Assembly: GCA_963720545.1 (NCBI GenBank)
Contig: OY970399.1
Location: forward strand, 320,001 to 384,000
Direction of reading: 5' to 3'
Source of the DNA: an uncultured Acidobacteriota bacterium
GTDB lineage: Bacteria; Acidobacteriota; Vicinamibacteria; Fen-336
DNA length: 64,000 nt
The translations under genes and the position numbers were made by a program. Position 1 is the stretch's first letter, and each line of letters begins with the position of its first letter. This document shows positions 9,698-22,543 of this stretch, piece after piece. The notes beneath the pieces were generated by a model that saw only the letters and a list, made by a program, of their open reading frames with translations, searched no databases and was not told the DNA's origin.

Positions 9698-10618
9698 ATG
9701 AGCCCTCGACAGAACCAGGACGACGACTACCGCGGCCTCGAACTCGACACTCACGAAGCCGATGCCGAGCCCGATCTCGGCTACGCGGCGGGCGGTAGCC
9801 TTGAGCGAAGCAGCGGCGGTGGCGGCGGCAATACGGCGGCCATCATCTTCGGCAGCCTCGGGCTGCTGCTTCTGGGCGCCGCGGGCTTCGTCGCCTATAC
9901 CAAGCTCTTCTCGCGGCCGCAGGCGCCGCCGGCACCAATCGTCGCCGCGGCAACCCCCGCTGCAGCCGCAACCCCGACGCCGCCGGTCCTGCCTCCGCTC
10001 GCCGACAGCGACGGCTTCATCCGCGGCCTGCTGGCGCCGCTCTCTCCCGATCCTCTGTTCGCGAAGTGGCTGGAGCAGGACGGCCTGGTGCGCCGCTTCG
10101 CGACCGCGGCCGACGTGATGCAGGGCGGCGGCCTGCCGCGCGGGCCGCTCGCCTTCCTCGCCTCGCGCGAGAAGTTCGCGGCCGACAGCCGCGGCCGCGG
10201 CTTCGTCATGGCGCAGCGCACCTGGGCGCGCTACGACGGGGTCGCGAACGCCGTCGCCTCGCTCGACGCGGCGTCCTGCGCGCGCATCTTCGGCTGGGTC
10301 ACGCCGCTTCTCGACGAGGCCTACAAGCAGCTCGGCCACCCGCAGGGCGGCGTCACCACGGCTGTCAACGATTCGCTCGCCGAGCTTCTTGAAGTGCAGG
10401 TGCCCGCCGAACCGGTGGCTCTCAATCGCGTCGACTCGGCGCGCGGCATCTACACCTTTGCCGACCGCGACCTCGAGACGCTGTCGGCGGTGCAGAAGGC
10501 GCTGGTGCGGATGGGGCCGAGCAACGCCGGGAAGATCCAGGCGAAGCTCTCGGAGATACGCCCGCTGCTGCCGGCAGAGGCGGCGCCGGCTACGCCAGCG
10601 GCCTCACCCGCGAACTGA
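9698..10618 (+). CDS. DUF3014-family membrane-anchored protein
   Basis: Single TM, Pro/Ala linker, LPPLADSD, RYD, PLLDEAYKQLGHP, YTFADRDLETLS.VQK.L.RMGP.N. Confidence 0.8.
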   Translation: MSPRQNQDDDYRGLELDTHEADAEPDLGYAAGGSLERSSGGGGGNTAAIIFGSLGLLLLGAAGFVAYTKLFSRPQAPPAPIVAAATPAAAATPTPPVLPPLADSDGFIRGLLAPLSPDPLFAKWLEQDGLVRRFATAADVMQGGGLPRGPLAFLASREKFAADSRGRGFVMAQRTWARYDGVANAVASLDAASCARIFGWVTPLLDEAYKQLGHPQGGVTTAVNDSLAELLEVQVPAEPVALNRVDSARGIYTFADRDLETLSAVQKALVRMGPSNAGKIQAKLSEIRPLLPAEAAPATPAASPAN

Positions 10619-12181
10619 AGGCGGCTTGCGCCACCGGGTCGCCTGCTCGTAGCCGAACGCGATCCGCAGCAGCACCGGCTCGCTCCAGGCGCGGCCCATG
10701 AACGAGATGCCGATCGGCAGGCCCGCGACGTAGCCGGACGGCACGGTGATGTTCGGGTAGCCCGCCACCGCCGCCGGGCTCGAGCTGCCACCGCCGAAGT
10801 GATCGCCCACGATGCAGTCGGTCAGCCAGGCCGGCCCGCCGGTGGGCGCGACGATCGCATCGAGCTTGCCCTTGTCGAGAGAGCGGTCGAGGCCCTCGGC
10901 GCGCGACAGGCGGGTGTTCTTGGCGAGCGCGTCCAGGTAAACCTTGTCGGTCAGCGGCCCCTTCTTCTGCGCGTCGAGGAAGGTCTCCTGGCCAAAGCAG
11001 CTCATCTCCTTGTCCTTGTTGGCTTCGTTGAAGTCGATGACGTCCTGCAGCGACTTCACGCGCGCACCGGGACCGAGCGTCGCGAGGTACGCGGCGAGGT
11101 CGGCCTTCAGCTCGTAGAGGAGCACCTCGGTCTCGCTGTATTCCGAGGTGTGGGCGATTTCCGTCGGATCGACGAGCACGGCGCCCGCCTTCTTGAGCGC
11201 GCCGAGCGCCTCCTCGAAGAGGCGGTCGACTTCGCGGTTGAAGCCGAGGAACTGGCGCGCCACGCCGATGCGCGCGCCTTTCAATCCGTCCGGCACCAGG
11301 AACTTCGTGTAGTCCGCGGCCGCATGCCCCTGTGCCGCGGCGGTCGCGGCATCGCGCGGATCGGCGCCGGCCAGCACCGAGAGCAGCAGCGCCGCATCGT
11401 GAACGGTGCGGGTCATGGGACCCGCGGTGTCCTGCGTGTGCGAGATGGGGATGATGCCGGCGCGGCTCACGAGACCGACCGTCGGCTTGATGCCGACGAG
11501 CGCGTTCGCGTTCGAGGGGCACACCACCGAGCCGTCGGTCTCGGTGCCGATGCCGCAAAGCGCCAGGTTGGCGCCGACCGCGGCGCCGGTGCCCGAGGAG
11601 GAGCCGCAGGGGTTGCGCGCGGGATCGTAGGGGTTCTTGCACTGGCCGCCGCGCGCCGACCAGCCCGAGGTGGACTGGCTGGAGCGGATGTTGGCCCATT
11701 CGCTCATGTTGGCCTTGCCGAGGAAGACGACGCCGGCCGCGCGCAGCCGCGCGGCAACACTGCTGTCGCGCGGCGCGATCGAGCCTTCGAGCGCGAGCGA
11801 ACCCGCCGTGGTGGTGAGTGTGTCGTGGGTGTCGATGTTGTCCTTCAGCACCATCGGGATGCCGTGCAGCGGTCCGCGTGCGCCTTTCGCCTTGCGCTCG
11901 GCATCGAGTGCCGCGGCAATGCGCGGCGCCTCGCCGTTCAGCTCGATCATGCTGTGCAGCGCGGGCCCCTTGCGGTCCATGGCTTCGATGCGCGCGAGAT
12001 AGGCGCTGGTCAGCGACTCGGCCGTGAGCGTGCCGGCCTGCATCGCCGCCTGCGCTGCCGCAATCGTCAGCTCCTCGACGCTCGCGGGTTCGGCGGCCAG
12101 CGCCGCACCCGCGCCGCGCAGGACCGAAACTCCGGCTGCGGTGCCGGCGACGACGCGGCCGAGAAAATCGCGGCGAATCAT
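10604..12181 (-). CDS. Tat-exported amidase (amidase signature family)
   Basis: RRDFL twin-arginine signal; LKDNI, GSSSG, GTETDGS catalytic motifs. Confidence 0.92.
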   Translation of the reverse strand: MIRRDFLGRVVAGTAAGVSVLRGAGAALAAEPASVEELTIAAAQAAMQAGTLTAESLTSAYLARIEAMDRKGPALHSMIELNGEAPRIAAALDAERKAKGARGPLHGIPMVLKDNIDTHDTLTTTAGSLALEGSIAPRDSSVAARLRAAGVVFLGKANMSEWANIRSSQSTSGWSARGGQCKNPYDPARNPCGSSSGTGAAVGANLALCGIGTETDGSVVCPSNANALVGIKPTVGLVSRAGIIPISHTQDTAGPMTRTVHDAALLLSVLAGADPRDAATAAAQGHAAADYTKFLVPDGLKGARIGVARQFLGFNREVDRLFEEALGALKKAGAVLVDPTEIAHTSEYSETEVLLYELKADLAAYLATLGPGARVKSLQDVIDFNEANKDKEMSCFGQETFLDAQKKGPLTDKVYLDALAKNTRLSRAEGLDRSLDKGKLDAIVAPTGGPAWLTDCIVGDHFGGGSSSPAAVAGYPNITVPSGYVAGLPIGISFMGRAWSEPVLLRIAFGYEQATRWRKPPSVRG

Positions 12182-12240
12182 GTTCCCTCCCGTATCGCGC
12201 GGAGCTTACAACGCGGTGGTTTACTATTCCCCTGCAAACA

Positions 12241-13611
12241 GTGATCGGCACGACCCTCAAGCACTACGAGATCGAAGCCCTCATCGGCAAGGGCGGCATG
12301 GGCGAGGTGTATCGCGCCCGCGACGTGCGCCTCGGGCGCGCCGTCGCGCTCAAGATCCTGCCGCAGGAATTCACCGCCGACCCGCAGCGACGCTCGCGCT
12401 TCATGCAGGAGGCGCGCGCGGCCTCGGCGGTCAACCATCCGTCGATCGCGCAGGTGTACGACGTCGACGAGGTGGACGGCACGGTGTTCCTGGCGATGGA
12501 GCTCGTCGAGGGCAAGACGCTGCGCGCGCTCATCAAGAACAAGGAGCTCGACCTCCTCGGCTCGCTCGAGATCGCGCAGCAGGTGGCGGGCGGCCTCGGC
12601 AAGGCACACGACGCGAACATCGTGCACCGCGACATCAAGCCCGAGAACATCGTGGTCTCGCCCGAAGGGCACGCGAAGATCCTCGACTTCGGCCTCGCCA
12701 AGCTGCTGGAGCCGACCGCCCCGGGCGAAGACGACGTCTCGCACATGGAGACGCTCGCGAAGACCCAGTCGGGGATGATCATGGGCACGCTGCGCTACAT
12801 GAGCCCGGAACAGGCGCGCGGCCAGGAGGTGGACGCGCGCAGCGACATCTTCTCGCTCGGCATCGTCCTCTACGAGATGGTCACCGGCCAGCTGCCGTTC
12901 TCCGGCGCCACCGCGCTCGACACGCTGCACGCGATCGCCTACGAAGAGACGCGGCCCGTGACCGCCCTGCGCGCCAACATCCCGCCGTCCATCCAGCGCA
13001 TCGTCTCGCGCTGCCTGCGCAAGCAGGCGAAGGACCGCTACCCGGGCGTGCGCGAGCTGGTCAGCGACCTGCGCACCGCGCAGAAGGACATCGAGAGCGG
13101 CGCCGCCAGCGTGGTCGCGCCGCTCGACGAACGCATCCAGGGCTGGTGGTCGTCGCTCTTCAGCGCCGCGCTGCGGCGCCAGTCGCTGCTGCTGGTCGCG
13201 GTGATGGCGCTGCTCGCCGTCGCCCTCATCGTCGCCATCGCACGCGGCAGCGACTTCTGGCCATCGCTCATCGGCTTCACGTTCTTCGCGATGTTCATGT
13301 ACCGGCGCATCCGCAACCGCAAGTACTACACGATCCGCAACCTCGCCACCAAGCTGAAGAAGATGCCCGACGTGCGTCTCGCCGTCGCCGACGGCCAGCA
13401 GCTGACGCTCGTCACCGAGAACGCCCTCGCCAAGACCTACGTCCGCGCCCACGCGCTGGTGAACGAGGTCAACAGCAAGATGCTCTACGGCGACGCCTTC
13501 ACTCTGGTGATTCGCGACAACCCGCCCGAAGACGAGGTGCGCACGCTGCTGACGAGCCCCAGCATCATGTACGTGCGCGACGAAGCGAAGGCGGCCCGCC
13601 GCCGCGGTTAG
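12241..13611 (+). CDS. Membrane-bound Ser/Thr protein kinase
   Basis: GKGGMG, VALK, HRDIKPEN, DFG, YMSPEQ; two TM segments and a small C-terminal domain. Confidence 0.92.
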   Translation: MIGTTLKHYEIEALIGKGGMGEVYRARDVRLGRAVALKILPQEFTADPQRRSRFMQEARAASAVNHPSIAQVYDVDEVDGTVFLAMELVEGKTLRALIKNKELDLLGSLEIAQQVAGGLGKAHDANIVHRDIKPENIVVSPEGHAKILDFGLAKLLEPTAPGEDDVSHMETLAKTQSGMIMGTLRYMSPEQARGQEVDARSDIFSLGIVLYEMVTGQLPFSGATALDTLHAIAYEETRPVTALRANIPPSIQRIVSRCLRKQAKDRYPGVRELVSDLRTAQKDIESGAASVVAPLDERIQGWWSSLFSAALRRQSLLLVAVMALLAVALIVAIARGSDFWPSLIGFTFFAMFMYRRIRNRKYYTIRNLATKLKKMPDVRLAVADGQQLTLVTENALAKTYVRAHALVNEVNSKMLYGDAFTLVIRDNPPEDEVRTLLTSPSIMYVRDEAKAARRRG

Positions 13612-15855
13612 TCACAGACCGCACGCGAGCGCGCGCGGTCTGCATGGAGTCTCCCTCGCGCTGCCGCCGCGCGCCGTCCACCACCGCGCCAGCTCGCGCC
13701 GTTCGGCGCAATTGTGGTCGACACCCATGCCGGCGGCGAGCCCGCGCTTTTCACTCGACGTGAGCCGCCAGCTGAGCGCCACGTCCTGCACGATGCCGGC
13801 CTCGTCTTTCTGCGCCTGAGCTGCGACCGCCGCCGGCACTGTTCCGGGAGCCGCGGACATCGTCTGCACCTCTTTGGGGTCGCTGCGGCTCGGCGCATGC
13901 GCCGGGAAGACCGGCTCGAACACGAAGGTGCGCAGGAACGGCGCCTCGGCGCCTGCCGCAGGTTCGCCGCCACCGTTCCACGAATCGTTGAGGAACGAGA
14001 CGGCGGCGTCGTTGCGAAACGCCATCGCGGCGTCCCGACTGTTGCGAATCGCTTCCAGCGGGCCAAGCACCCCGGCCAGCTGGTAGAGCCACGAACGCCT
14101 GCTCTCGCTCAAGCTCTGTTTGCCTGCCCGGGTCCAGGTGTCCGGTATTTGGATGAGCGCCACACCGCCCGTCTGTTCACGAATGAAGGCGCGGTTGTGC
14201 CACAGCCAGGAAACAGCGAGTTCGACTCCGTGCTCGTCGTAGAAGCCTGCGTCCATCACGCGGCGCGCCGGTTTCGTGGGCAATTCGGTCGCCGAAATCA
14301 CGTAGGGGAACGTGGCGTTGAGGCGCAGCGCGGTGCTCAGTTTCAGGTCCTCGCCGCCGAACGCCTTGAAGAATTCGATCGACTGCAGCGAACCCACGGC
14401 TCTCGTGGGCAGCTCGATACGGGTCAGAGGCGCCAGGTCGAGGTTGCTGATGAGCAGCCGGCGCCCGTCTTCGACGATGAAGGGCGCCAGCACCAGCGAC
14501 GGCGCACCGCCGGTTGATTCGACAGCCGCGAGACTACGAAAGGTGGTGGCCGTCCCGAGGCCGGGAATGCCTTCGAATGCGGCATCGAGGGCGGTACCCC
14601 GGTCTTTCGTCGGGTGCAGGAACGGCGGCAGCAGGAAGTCGACGAAGAACATCTGCCGCGCGACAGGGCCGAGAAAATCGCCGGCCACGGAGCATGCGAG
14701 GGCGTCGTCATAGGCCCTGCGGTCTGGTGGAGCCAGGCCCTCGACTCGCTGGCTCGAGCCAAGGAAAGCGGCTGCGCCGACCATTCCGCCAGACGCTCCG
14801 CTCACCAAGCGCGTGTGCGCGGTAAACCCGTCGAGGTCTTGGTCGAGCTGCTGCAGCACGCTGAGCGTCCAGAGCGCCGCGCGGCTGCCGCCGCCGTCGA
14901 TTGCCAACACGATGAGCAGCGGCTTGGGCGACTGCGGGAACTTCGCACGCCATGCCGCAAGCACCCCGGCGTCGCCGAGCAGCGCCGGCGCCGACGGCAG
15001 CGGAGCTGCGAGCTCGGCGGCCGGCCGCGCGTTGCGGTAGAGTGCGTCGAGGCTCGGGAGCGGCAACCGATGCCCGCCCGCCGTCTGCAGCGCGGCCCAT
15101 AGTCCGCAGACGAGGGCCACGGCGCCGAAGCTGTAGCGCGGCCAATGGAACCGGATGAAGCCGTAGACAGAGGCGACGACGCCGAGGAAGACACAAAGCG
15201 CGAGCGACACCGGCACCGCGACCCCGCGCGCGTGCAGGAAGCCCATGCCGACGATCACGGCCACGCCGAGGATCGCCTGGTAGAACGACAGGTAGTGAAA
15301 CGGCTGCTCGTCGCTGCTGCGGCCCGCGGCCGCGTCGCGCACGAAGCGCGGCGCGAAACGGGCCAGGAGCGCGCCGCAGGTTCGCGCCAGCCAGAACGCG
15401 ATCCTCACGATCGCGAATAGAGCGACGAGGGCGGCAGCGGGGAGCGGCCAGTGGCTGACGTCGCGTGGCGCCCACCAAAGCCCCGCGGAGCATGCGACGA
15501 CGATGATGGCCGAAGTGGCTGCCAGGTAGCGCACGAACAGCCGTTGGAGATCGCCCGGCGTGCGCACCTCGGCGAGCGCGCGCTGCGGATCGATGCCTGC
15601 CGGGCCCTCGAGCAGGGCTCCCGTCCCGCCGAGAATGGCCGCGAGGTAGCCGACCCCGAGACCCGCTGCAATTTGCGACAACCACTTCTCGTGCCAGAAG
15701 AGGTCCGGCACGCCAAAGTTTCTAAGGATGAAGTAGTCGCAGATGCCGACGATGACCAGGGCTTCGACGAAGAGCACCGGGAAGGCAGCGAACCACCGGG
15801 CCAGCGGCCGGATCCAGATCACGAGCCGCCCAAGGAAGGAAAAGATCCGCTTCAT
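13612..15855 (-). CDS. Multi-TM patatin-like phospholipase
   Basis: About 7 N-terminal TM helices; GGGSRA oxyanion loop, GASGG nucleophile elbow, DAG acid motif; start uncertain. Confidence 0.8.
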   Translation of the reverse strand: MKRIFSFLGRLVIWIRPLARWFAAFPVLFVEALVIVGICDYFILRNFGVPDLFWHEKWLSQIAAGLGVGYLAAILGGTGALLEGPAGIDPQRALAEVRTPGDLQRLFVRYLAATSAIIVVACSAGLWWAPRDVSHWPLPAAALVALFAIVRIAFWLARTCGALLARFAPRFVRDAAAGRSSDEQPFHYLSFYQAILGVAVIVGMGFLHARGVAVPVSLALCVFLGVVASVYGFIRFHWPRYSFGAVALVCGLWAALQTAGGHRLPLPSLDALYRNARPAAELAAPLPSAPALLGDAGVLAAWRAKFPQSPKPLLIVLAIDGGGSRAALWTLSVLQQLDQDLDGFTAHTRLVSGASGGMVGAAAFLGSSQRVEGLAPPDRRAYDDALACSVAGDFLGPVARQMFFVDFLLPPFLHPTKDRGTALDAAFEGIPGLGTATTFRSLAAVESTGGAPSLVLAPFIVEDGRRLLISNLDLAPLTRIELPTRAVGSLQSIEFFKAFGGEDLKLSTALRLNATFPYVISATELPTKPARRVMDAGFYDEHGVELAVSWLWHNRAFIREQTGGVALIQIPDTWTRAGKQSLSESRRSWLYQLAGVLGPLEAIRNSRDAAMAFRNDAAVSFLNDSWNGGGEPAAGAEAPFLRTFVFEPVFPAHAPSRSDPKEVQTMSAAPGTVPAAVAAQAQKDEAGIVQDVALSWRLTSSEKRGLAAGMGVDHNCAERRELARWWTARGGSARETPCRPRALACGL

Positions 15856-15895
15856 CGTGACCGCAGTGTAGGCGGCACCGCTAACATGCGAGGTC

Positions 15896-17662
15896 ATGAT
15901 CTGCTCCTTTTTTCTTGCTGCCACCCTGGCGCTGCCCTACGTCCCGCAAACCGTGCCGACCGCGATTCGTGACCACGTCGATGGTTCCCGCACGCTCGAC
16001 ACGGTTCGCGGGCTTGGGCGGTTTCACCGCGTGCACGGCTCGCCAGGATTCGCGGCCGCCGCCGAATACGTCGCGGCGCAGGCGAAGGCGGCGGGGCTCG
16101 AGGTGCAGATCGAGAAACTGCCGGCCGATGGCAGGACGAAGTACGCGCACTTCACGGCCTACCTCGGCTGGACCGCGACCAGCGCGTCGCTTGCCGAAAT
16201 ATCGCCGCGGCCCGGGCCGATCGCGCGCTTTCCCGAAGTGGCGGTGGCGCTTGCCGATTACAGCCAGGACGCCGACGTCACGGCCGACCTCGTCGACGTC
16301 GCGGGCGGCACGGCCGACTCCGACTATGCCGGCAAGGATGTCGCCGGCAAGATCGTGCTTGCGAGCGGTGCCTTGCCGCAAGTGAACGCCCAGGCGGTGC
16401 TGAAGCGCGGCGCGTTGGGTTTCGTCTCCGACTATCCCAACCAGACGACGGCGTGGTCGGGCGACGACCGCGACCTGGTGCGCTGGGGGCACCTGTCGCC
16501 CTACGAGACGCGCAACCGCTTCGCGTTCATGGTGTCGAAGCGCCAGTCGCAGGCGCTGCGCGAGCGGCTCGCGCAGGGCGAGAAGATCCGCGTGCGCGCG
16601 AAGGTCGCGGCGAAGATGGTGCCCGCGACCTACGACATCGTGAACGCGTCGCTTGCGGGCTCCGAACCGGCGGCCGGTGAGATTTTCCTCACCGCGCACC
16701 TGTGCCACCAGCTGGCCGGCGCCAACGACAACGCCTCGGGGAGCGCGGCCATTCTCGAGGTGGCGCGTGCGCTGAGCGAGGCGATCGCCGACGGCACCCT
16801 GCCGCGGCCGCGGCGCACCATACGCTTCCTGTGGCTGCCGGAAATCGCGGGCAGCCAGGCGTGGCTCATTTCGAACCCCGAAGCCGCGAAGCGCCTCTAC
16901 GCCGGCATTCACATGGACATGGTCGGCGGCCTGCTGGCGACGACCAATGGCACCTTCCATCTCTCGCGCACCGCGCGCTCGCTGCCCCACGCGATCAACG
17001 CGGTCGCGGAAGCCTGGTTCGACGATGTCGTCGCGCGCTCGGCGCACTACGCCGAACGCGGCGGCGACCCGCGCGCCGGCCTCGCCTGGCTGCCGGGTTC
17101 GCGCGAGGTGTTTCTCGGTGACGTGCGCGAGATGGAACTTGGCAGCGACCACGAGGTGTTCGAGGAAGGCAGCTACAGGATCCCGATGGTCTATTTCCAC
17201 GACTGGCCGGACGTCACCATCCACACGAACAAGGACCTGCCCGAGAACCTCGACGCGACCAAGCTGGGCCGGGTCGCCTACATGGGTGCGGGAATAGCCT
17301 GGACGATGGCTGCCGCCGCGGACTCGTCGTTGCCCGCTCCCGCACCGGTCACCGTAGCCGCGGCCGGCACCGACCGCCGCGTGCCCCTGCGCAACCCCGA
17401 GGTGCGCGGGCCGCTCGGCGTGTACTACTACGACCACCTCGAGGCGGTGCTCGGTGAAGGCTATGCAAGGACCCGCCTCGAGAAGCGCGAGGAGGGCGGC
17501 TTGCTCGCCTACGAGGCGCTCAACAACGTGGACGGCCGCAATACCTCCGCCGACATCGCCGGACGGCTGGCCGCGATCGATCCCCAGGCGAGCCCGGCGG
17601 AGGTGTCGGAGTACCTGGACCTCCTCGAGAAGGCGCGTGTCTTATCATGGAAGCAGCCATGA
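15896..17662 (+). CDS. M28-family metallopeptidase with PA domain (DUF4910-like)
   Basis: Signal-like N-terminus, PA insert ([10 protein letters not shown]), [25 protein letters not shown]. Confidence 0.8.
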   Translation: MICSFFLAATLALPYVPQTVPTAIRDHVDGSRTLDTVRGLGRFHRVHGSPGFAAAAEYVAAQAKAAGLEVQIEKLPADGRTKYAHFTAYLGWTATSASLAEISPRPGPIARFPEVAVALADYSQDADVTADLVDVAGGTADSDYAGKDVAGKIVLASGALPQVNAQAVLKRGALGFVSDYPNQTTAWSGDDRDLVRWGHLSPYETRNRFAFMVSKRQSQALRERLAQGEKIRVRAKVAAKMVPATYDIVNASLAGSEPAAGEIFLTAHLCHQLAGANDNASGSAAILEVARALSEAIADGTLPRPRRTIRFLWLPEIAGSQAWLISNPEAAKRLYAGIHMDMVGGLLATTNGTFHLSRTARSLPHAINAVAEAWFDDVVARSAHYAERGGDPRAGLAWLPGSREVFLGDVREMELGSDHEVFEEGSYRIPMVYFHDWPDVTIHTNKDLPENLDATKLGRVAYMGAGIAWTMAAAADSSLPAPAPVTVAAAGTDRRVPLRNPEVRGPLGVYYYDHLEAVLGEGYARTRLEKREEGGLLAYEALNNVDGRNTSADIAGRLAAIDPQASPAEVSEYLDLLEKARVLSWKQP

Positions 17663-18318
17663 GATTCCACCTCGACCCACGCAAGCTGCGCCTGCCCGAG
17701 CCGGGCGAGGCGCTTCCCGGCCGCGCAGAGTCGCTGCAGGTTCCGGCGCGGCATTTCGTGCTCGATGCCCCCATCGCCCCGCCGTTTCCCGAGGGCTTTG
17801 GCCGCGCGGTGTTCGGCATGGGCTGCTTCTGGGGTGCCGAACGCAAGTTCTGGGATACCCCCGGCGTCTACACCACCGCCGTCGGCTACGCCGGCGGCCG
17901 CACGCCCAATCCCACCTACGAAGAAGTGTGCTCGGGACACACCGGCCACAGCGAAGTCGTGCTGGTGGTGTTCGACCCCACGAAGGTTTCCTATGAGGAA
18001 CTGCTGCGTGTCTTCTGGGAAAACCACGACCCCACGCAGGGCATGCGGCAGGGCAACGACGTCGGCACGCAGTATCGCTCGGTCATCCACACCTATGGCG
18101 ACGACCAGCAGGCGGCGGCGGAAGCGGCGCGCGAAATGTACCAGGCCGAGCTGCGCCGGTCGGGTTACGAGGAAATCACCACCGAGATCGTCGCCGCGCC
18201 AGCCTTCTACTACGCCGAGGGGTATCACCAGCAGTACCTGGCGAAGAACCCCGCCGGCTATTGCGGCATCGGCGGCACCGGCGTCTCCTGCCCCATCGGC
18301 CTGAAGACGGGCGCCTAG
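17659..18318 (+). CDS. msrA: Peptide methionine sulfoxide reductase A
   Basis: [34 protein letters not shown] overlap with upstream gene. Confidence 0.97.
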   Translation: MRFHLDPRKLRLPEPGEALPGRAESLQVPARHFVLDAPIAPPFPEGFGRAVFGMGCFWGAERKFWDTPGVYTTAVGYAGGRTPNPTYEEVCSGHTGHSEVVLVVFDPTKVSYEELLRVFWENHDPTQGMRQGNDVGTQYRSVIHTYGDDQQAAAEAAREMYQAELRRSGYEEITTEIVAAPAFYYAEGYHQQYLAKNPAGYCGIGGTGVSCPIGLKTGA

Positions 18319-18322
18319 GGCG

Positions 18323-19207
18323 TCAGCCGGCCTCGCTGGCCGGCGCACGCCGCTGGCCGCCAATGGTGGCCAGCACGATGCCGAGCGAAACGAGCCCGTA
18401 GACGAGCCAGCGAGCGCCCTCGAGGTGCGCCCAGTTCGCGAGGTCGCGAGCGCTCGTCAGCAGCAGCAGGCCGGCCACCGCGAGGCCCAGCGCGCGCGGC
18501 GGAATGTAGCGGATCACCCACGCCGCGAGCGGCGCGCCGAGGACACCGCCAACGACCATCGCGATCACGATGCGCGGGTCGAGCTGGCTCATGCCCATGG
18601 AAGCGACCAGCGACACCACCGACACGGCGGCGACGGCAACCTCGGCGGTGTTCACTGAGCCAACGGCGAAGCGTGGCGGCAGGCCGCGCTGGAGGAGGAA
18701 TGGCGTCACCACCGGCCCCCACGCGCCCACGAGGCCGTTGGTCACGCCGCCCGCGAGCGCAGCCGCTTGCACCCCGCGTTCGTCGAACTTCGGGGCGCCC
18801 TGCGCCGGCGCCGATTCGTCGTCGTTCTCGCGCGCCACCGGCAACGGTCGGCTGAAGCGGAACAGGATGCGCACGCCAGCGAGCAGGAGGACGCTCGCCA
18901 GCAGCGGCCGCAGGTAGCTGGTGTCGATGCGCGTCAAGGCGATGGCGCCGAGACACGCGCCGATGCTGCCCGGAATCGCGAGCAGCAGGACGAGGCGGCG
19001 GTCGACGTTGCCGAAGCGCCAGTGAGAAACCCCCGAAGCGAGGCCCGAGGCCACCTTCGCGAGGTTGACGGTGGTGGAAGCGATCGCCGGCGGCAGGCCG
19101 GCACCGAGAAGGATCGTCGATGATGTCGGTCCGAAGCCCATGCCGAGCGCGCCATCGACGATCGATGCCGCGAAGCCGGCCAGGGCGACAAGAAGATATT
19201 GGTCCAT
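18323..19207 (-). CDS. TauE/SafE-family membrane protein (sulfite exporter-like)
   Basis: DGALGMGFG, SHWRFGNVD, GAWGPV motifs; multi-TM. Confidence 0.85.
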   Translation of the reverse strand: MDQYLLVALAGFAASIVDGALGMGFGPTSSTILLGAGLPPAIASTTVNLAKVASGLASGVSHWRFGNVDRRLVLLLAIPGSIGACLGAIALTRIDTSYLRPLLASVLLLAGVRILFRFSRPLPVARENDDESAPAQGAPKFDERGVQAAALAGGVTNGLVGAWGPVVTPFLLQRGLPPRFAVGSVNTAEVAVAAVSVVSLVASMGMSQLDPRIVIAMVVGGVLGAPLAAWVIRYIPPRALGLAVAGLLLLTSARDLANWAHLEGARWLVYGLVSLGIVLATIGGQRRAPASEAG

Positions 19208-19225
19208 TGTGTTCGATACTAACGA

Positions 19226-19873
19226 ATGGCTTCACGATTAGCCGCACCCCTCCCCGGACTGGCAATTGGCGAGGACGGGATGCATCGCTGTGCCTGGGGC
19301 TCGGGCGACGCCGGGTATCGCGCCTACCATGACTCCGAATGGGGCCTGCCGGTTACGGACGACCGGCGCCTCTTCGAGAAGATTTGCCTCGAGGGGTTCC
19401 AGTCGGGGCTCAGCTGGCTCACGATCCTGCGCAAGCGCGAAAACTTCCGCTGGGCGTTCGCCGGCTTCGACCCGGCGAAGGTGGCGCGCTTCGGCGCCCG
19501 CGACGTGCGGCGGCTGCTGCAGGATGAAGGCATCGTGCGCCACCGCGGCAAGATCGAGTCGACCATCAACAACGCGCGCTCGGCGCTCGCCGTGCGCGAG
19601 GAATTCGGCTCGCTGGCGCGCTATTTCTGGAGCCACGAGCCCGCGGCGAAAGACCGGCCGCGGCGCGTCACGCTCGAGGTGCTGTGCGCCACCACACAGT
19701 CGCCGGCGTCGGTGAGCCTCAGCAAGGACCTGAAGCGGCGCGGCTTCTCGTTCGTCGGCCCCACGACCGTCTACGCCTTCATGCAGGCGATGGGCCTCGT
19801 CAACGACCACCTTTCGGGGTGCCACGCCCGCGCCGCCTGTGATGCGGCCCGCAGCAGGCTGCGCCGGCCCTAG
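19226..19873 (+). CDS. tag: DNA-3-methyladenine glycosylase I
   Basis: RCAW, YHDSEWG, LEGFQSGLSW.TIL.KR, FVGPTTVYAFMQAMGLVNDH. Confidence 0.96.
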   Translation: MASRLAAPLPGLAIGEDGMHRCAWGSGDAGYRAYHDSEWGLPVTDDRRLFEKICLEGFQSGLSWLTILRKRENFRWAFAGFDPAKVARFGARDVRRLLQDEGIVRHRGKIESTINNARSALAVREEFGSLARYFWSHEPAAKDRPRRVTLEVLCATTQSPASVSLSKDLKRRGFSFVGPTTVYAFMQAMGLVNDHLSGCHARAACDAARSRLRRP

Positions 19874-19908
19874 TCCAGACTGTTCCCGGCGTCCCGTACA
19901 ATCGAAGT

Positions 19909-20235
19909 GTGGCAAGCGACAAGGACAAGGACAGCGCCAGTTCCGACACCGCCGTCCTCGAGAGGACCGGGAGGAAGACCGTCGAGCCCACCCTCTTCAA
20001 GGTGGTGCTGCACAACGATGACTACACGACGATGCAGTTCGTGCTCGAAATCCTGGAATCGGTGTTCGCCAAGGCGCACGCCGACGCCTTCCGCATCATG
20101 ATGAACGTGCACCTCCACGGCCAGGGCGTCTGCGGCACCTATTCCCACGAGGTGGCGGAGACCAAGGTTGCGCTCGTCCACGACCAGGCGCGCGAAAACG
20201 GCTTCCCGCTGCGCGCCAGCCTCGAGGAGGCCTGA
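19909..20235 (+). CDS. clpS: ATP-dependent Clp protease adaptor
   Basis: VVLHNDDYTTMQFV, VHLHG.G.CG, AETK, FPL. Confidence 0.96.
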   Translation: MASDKDKDSASSDTAVLERTGRKTVEPTLFKVVLHNDDYTTMQFVLEILESVFAKAHADAFRIMMNVHLHGQGVCGTYSHEVAETKVALVHDQARENGFPLRASLEEA

Positions 20236-20240
20236 GCCAT

Positions 20241-22541
<2,301 letters not shown>

Positions 22542-22543
22542 GC

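Noticed and set aside
5076..15855. Anti-phage defence island (kinases, macro domain, patatin)
   Set aside because: Genes are not operonic, are interleaved with ordinary genes, and lack cyclase, nuclease or other defence hallmarks; the macro protein is YmdB-like
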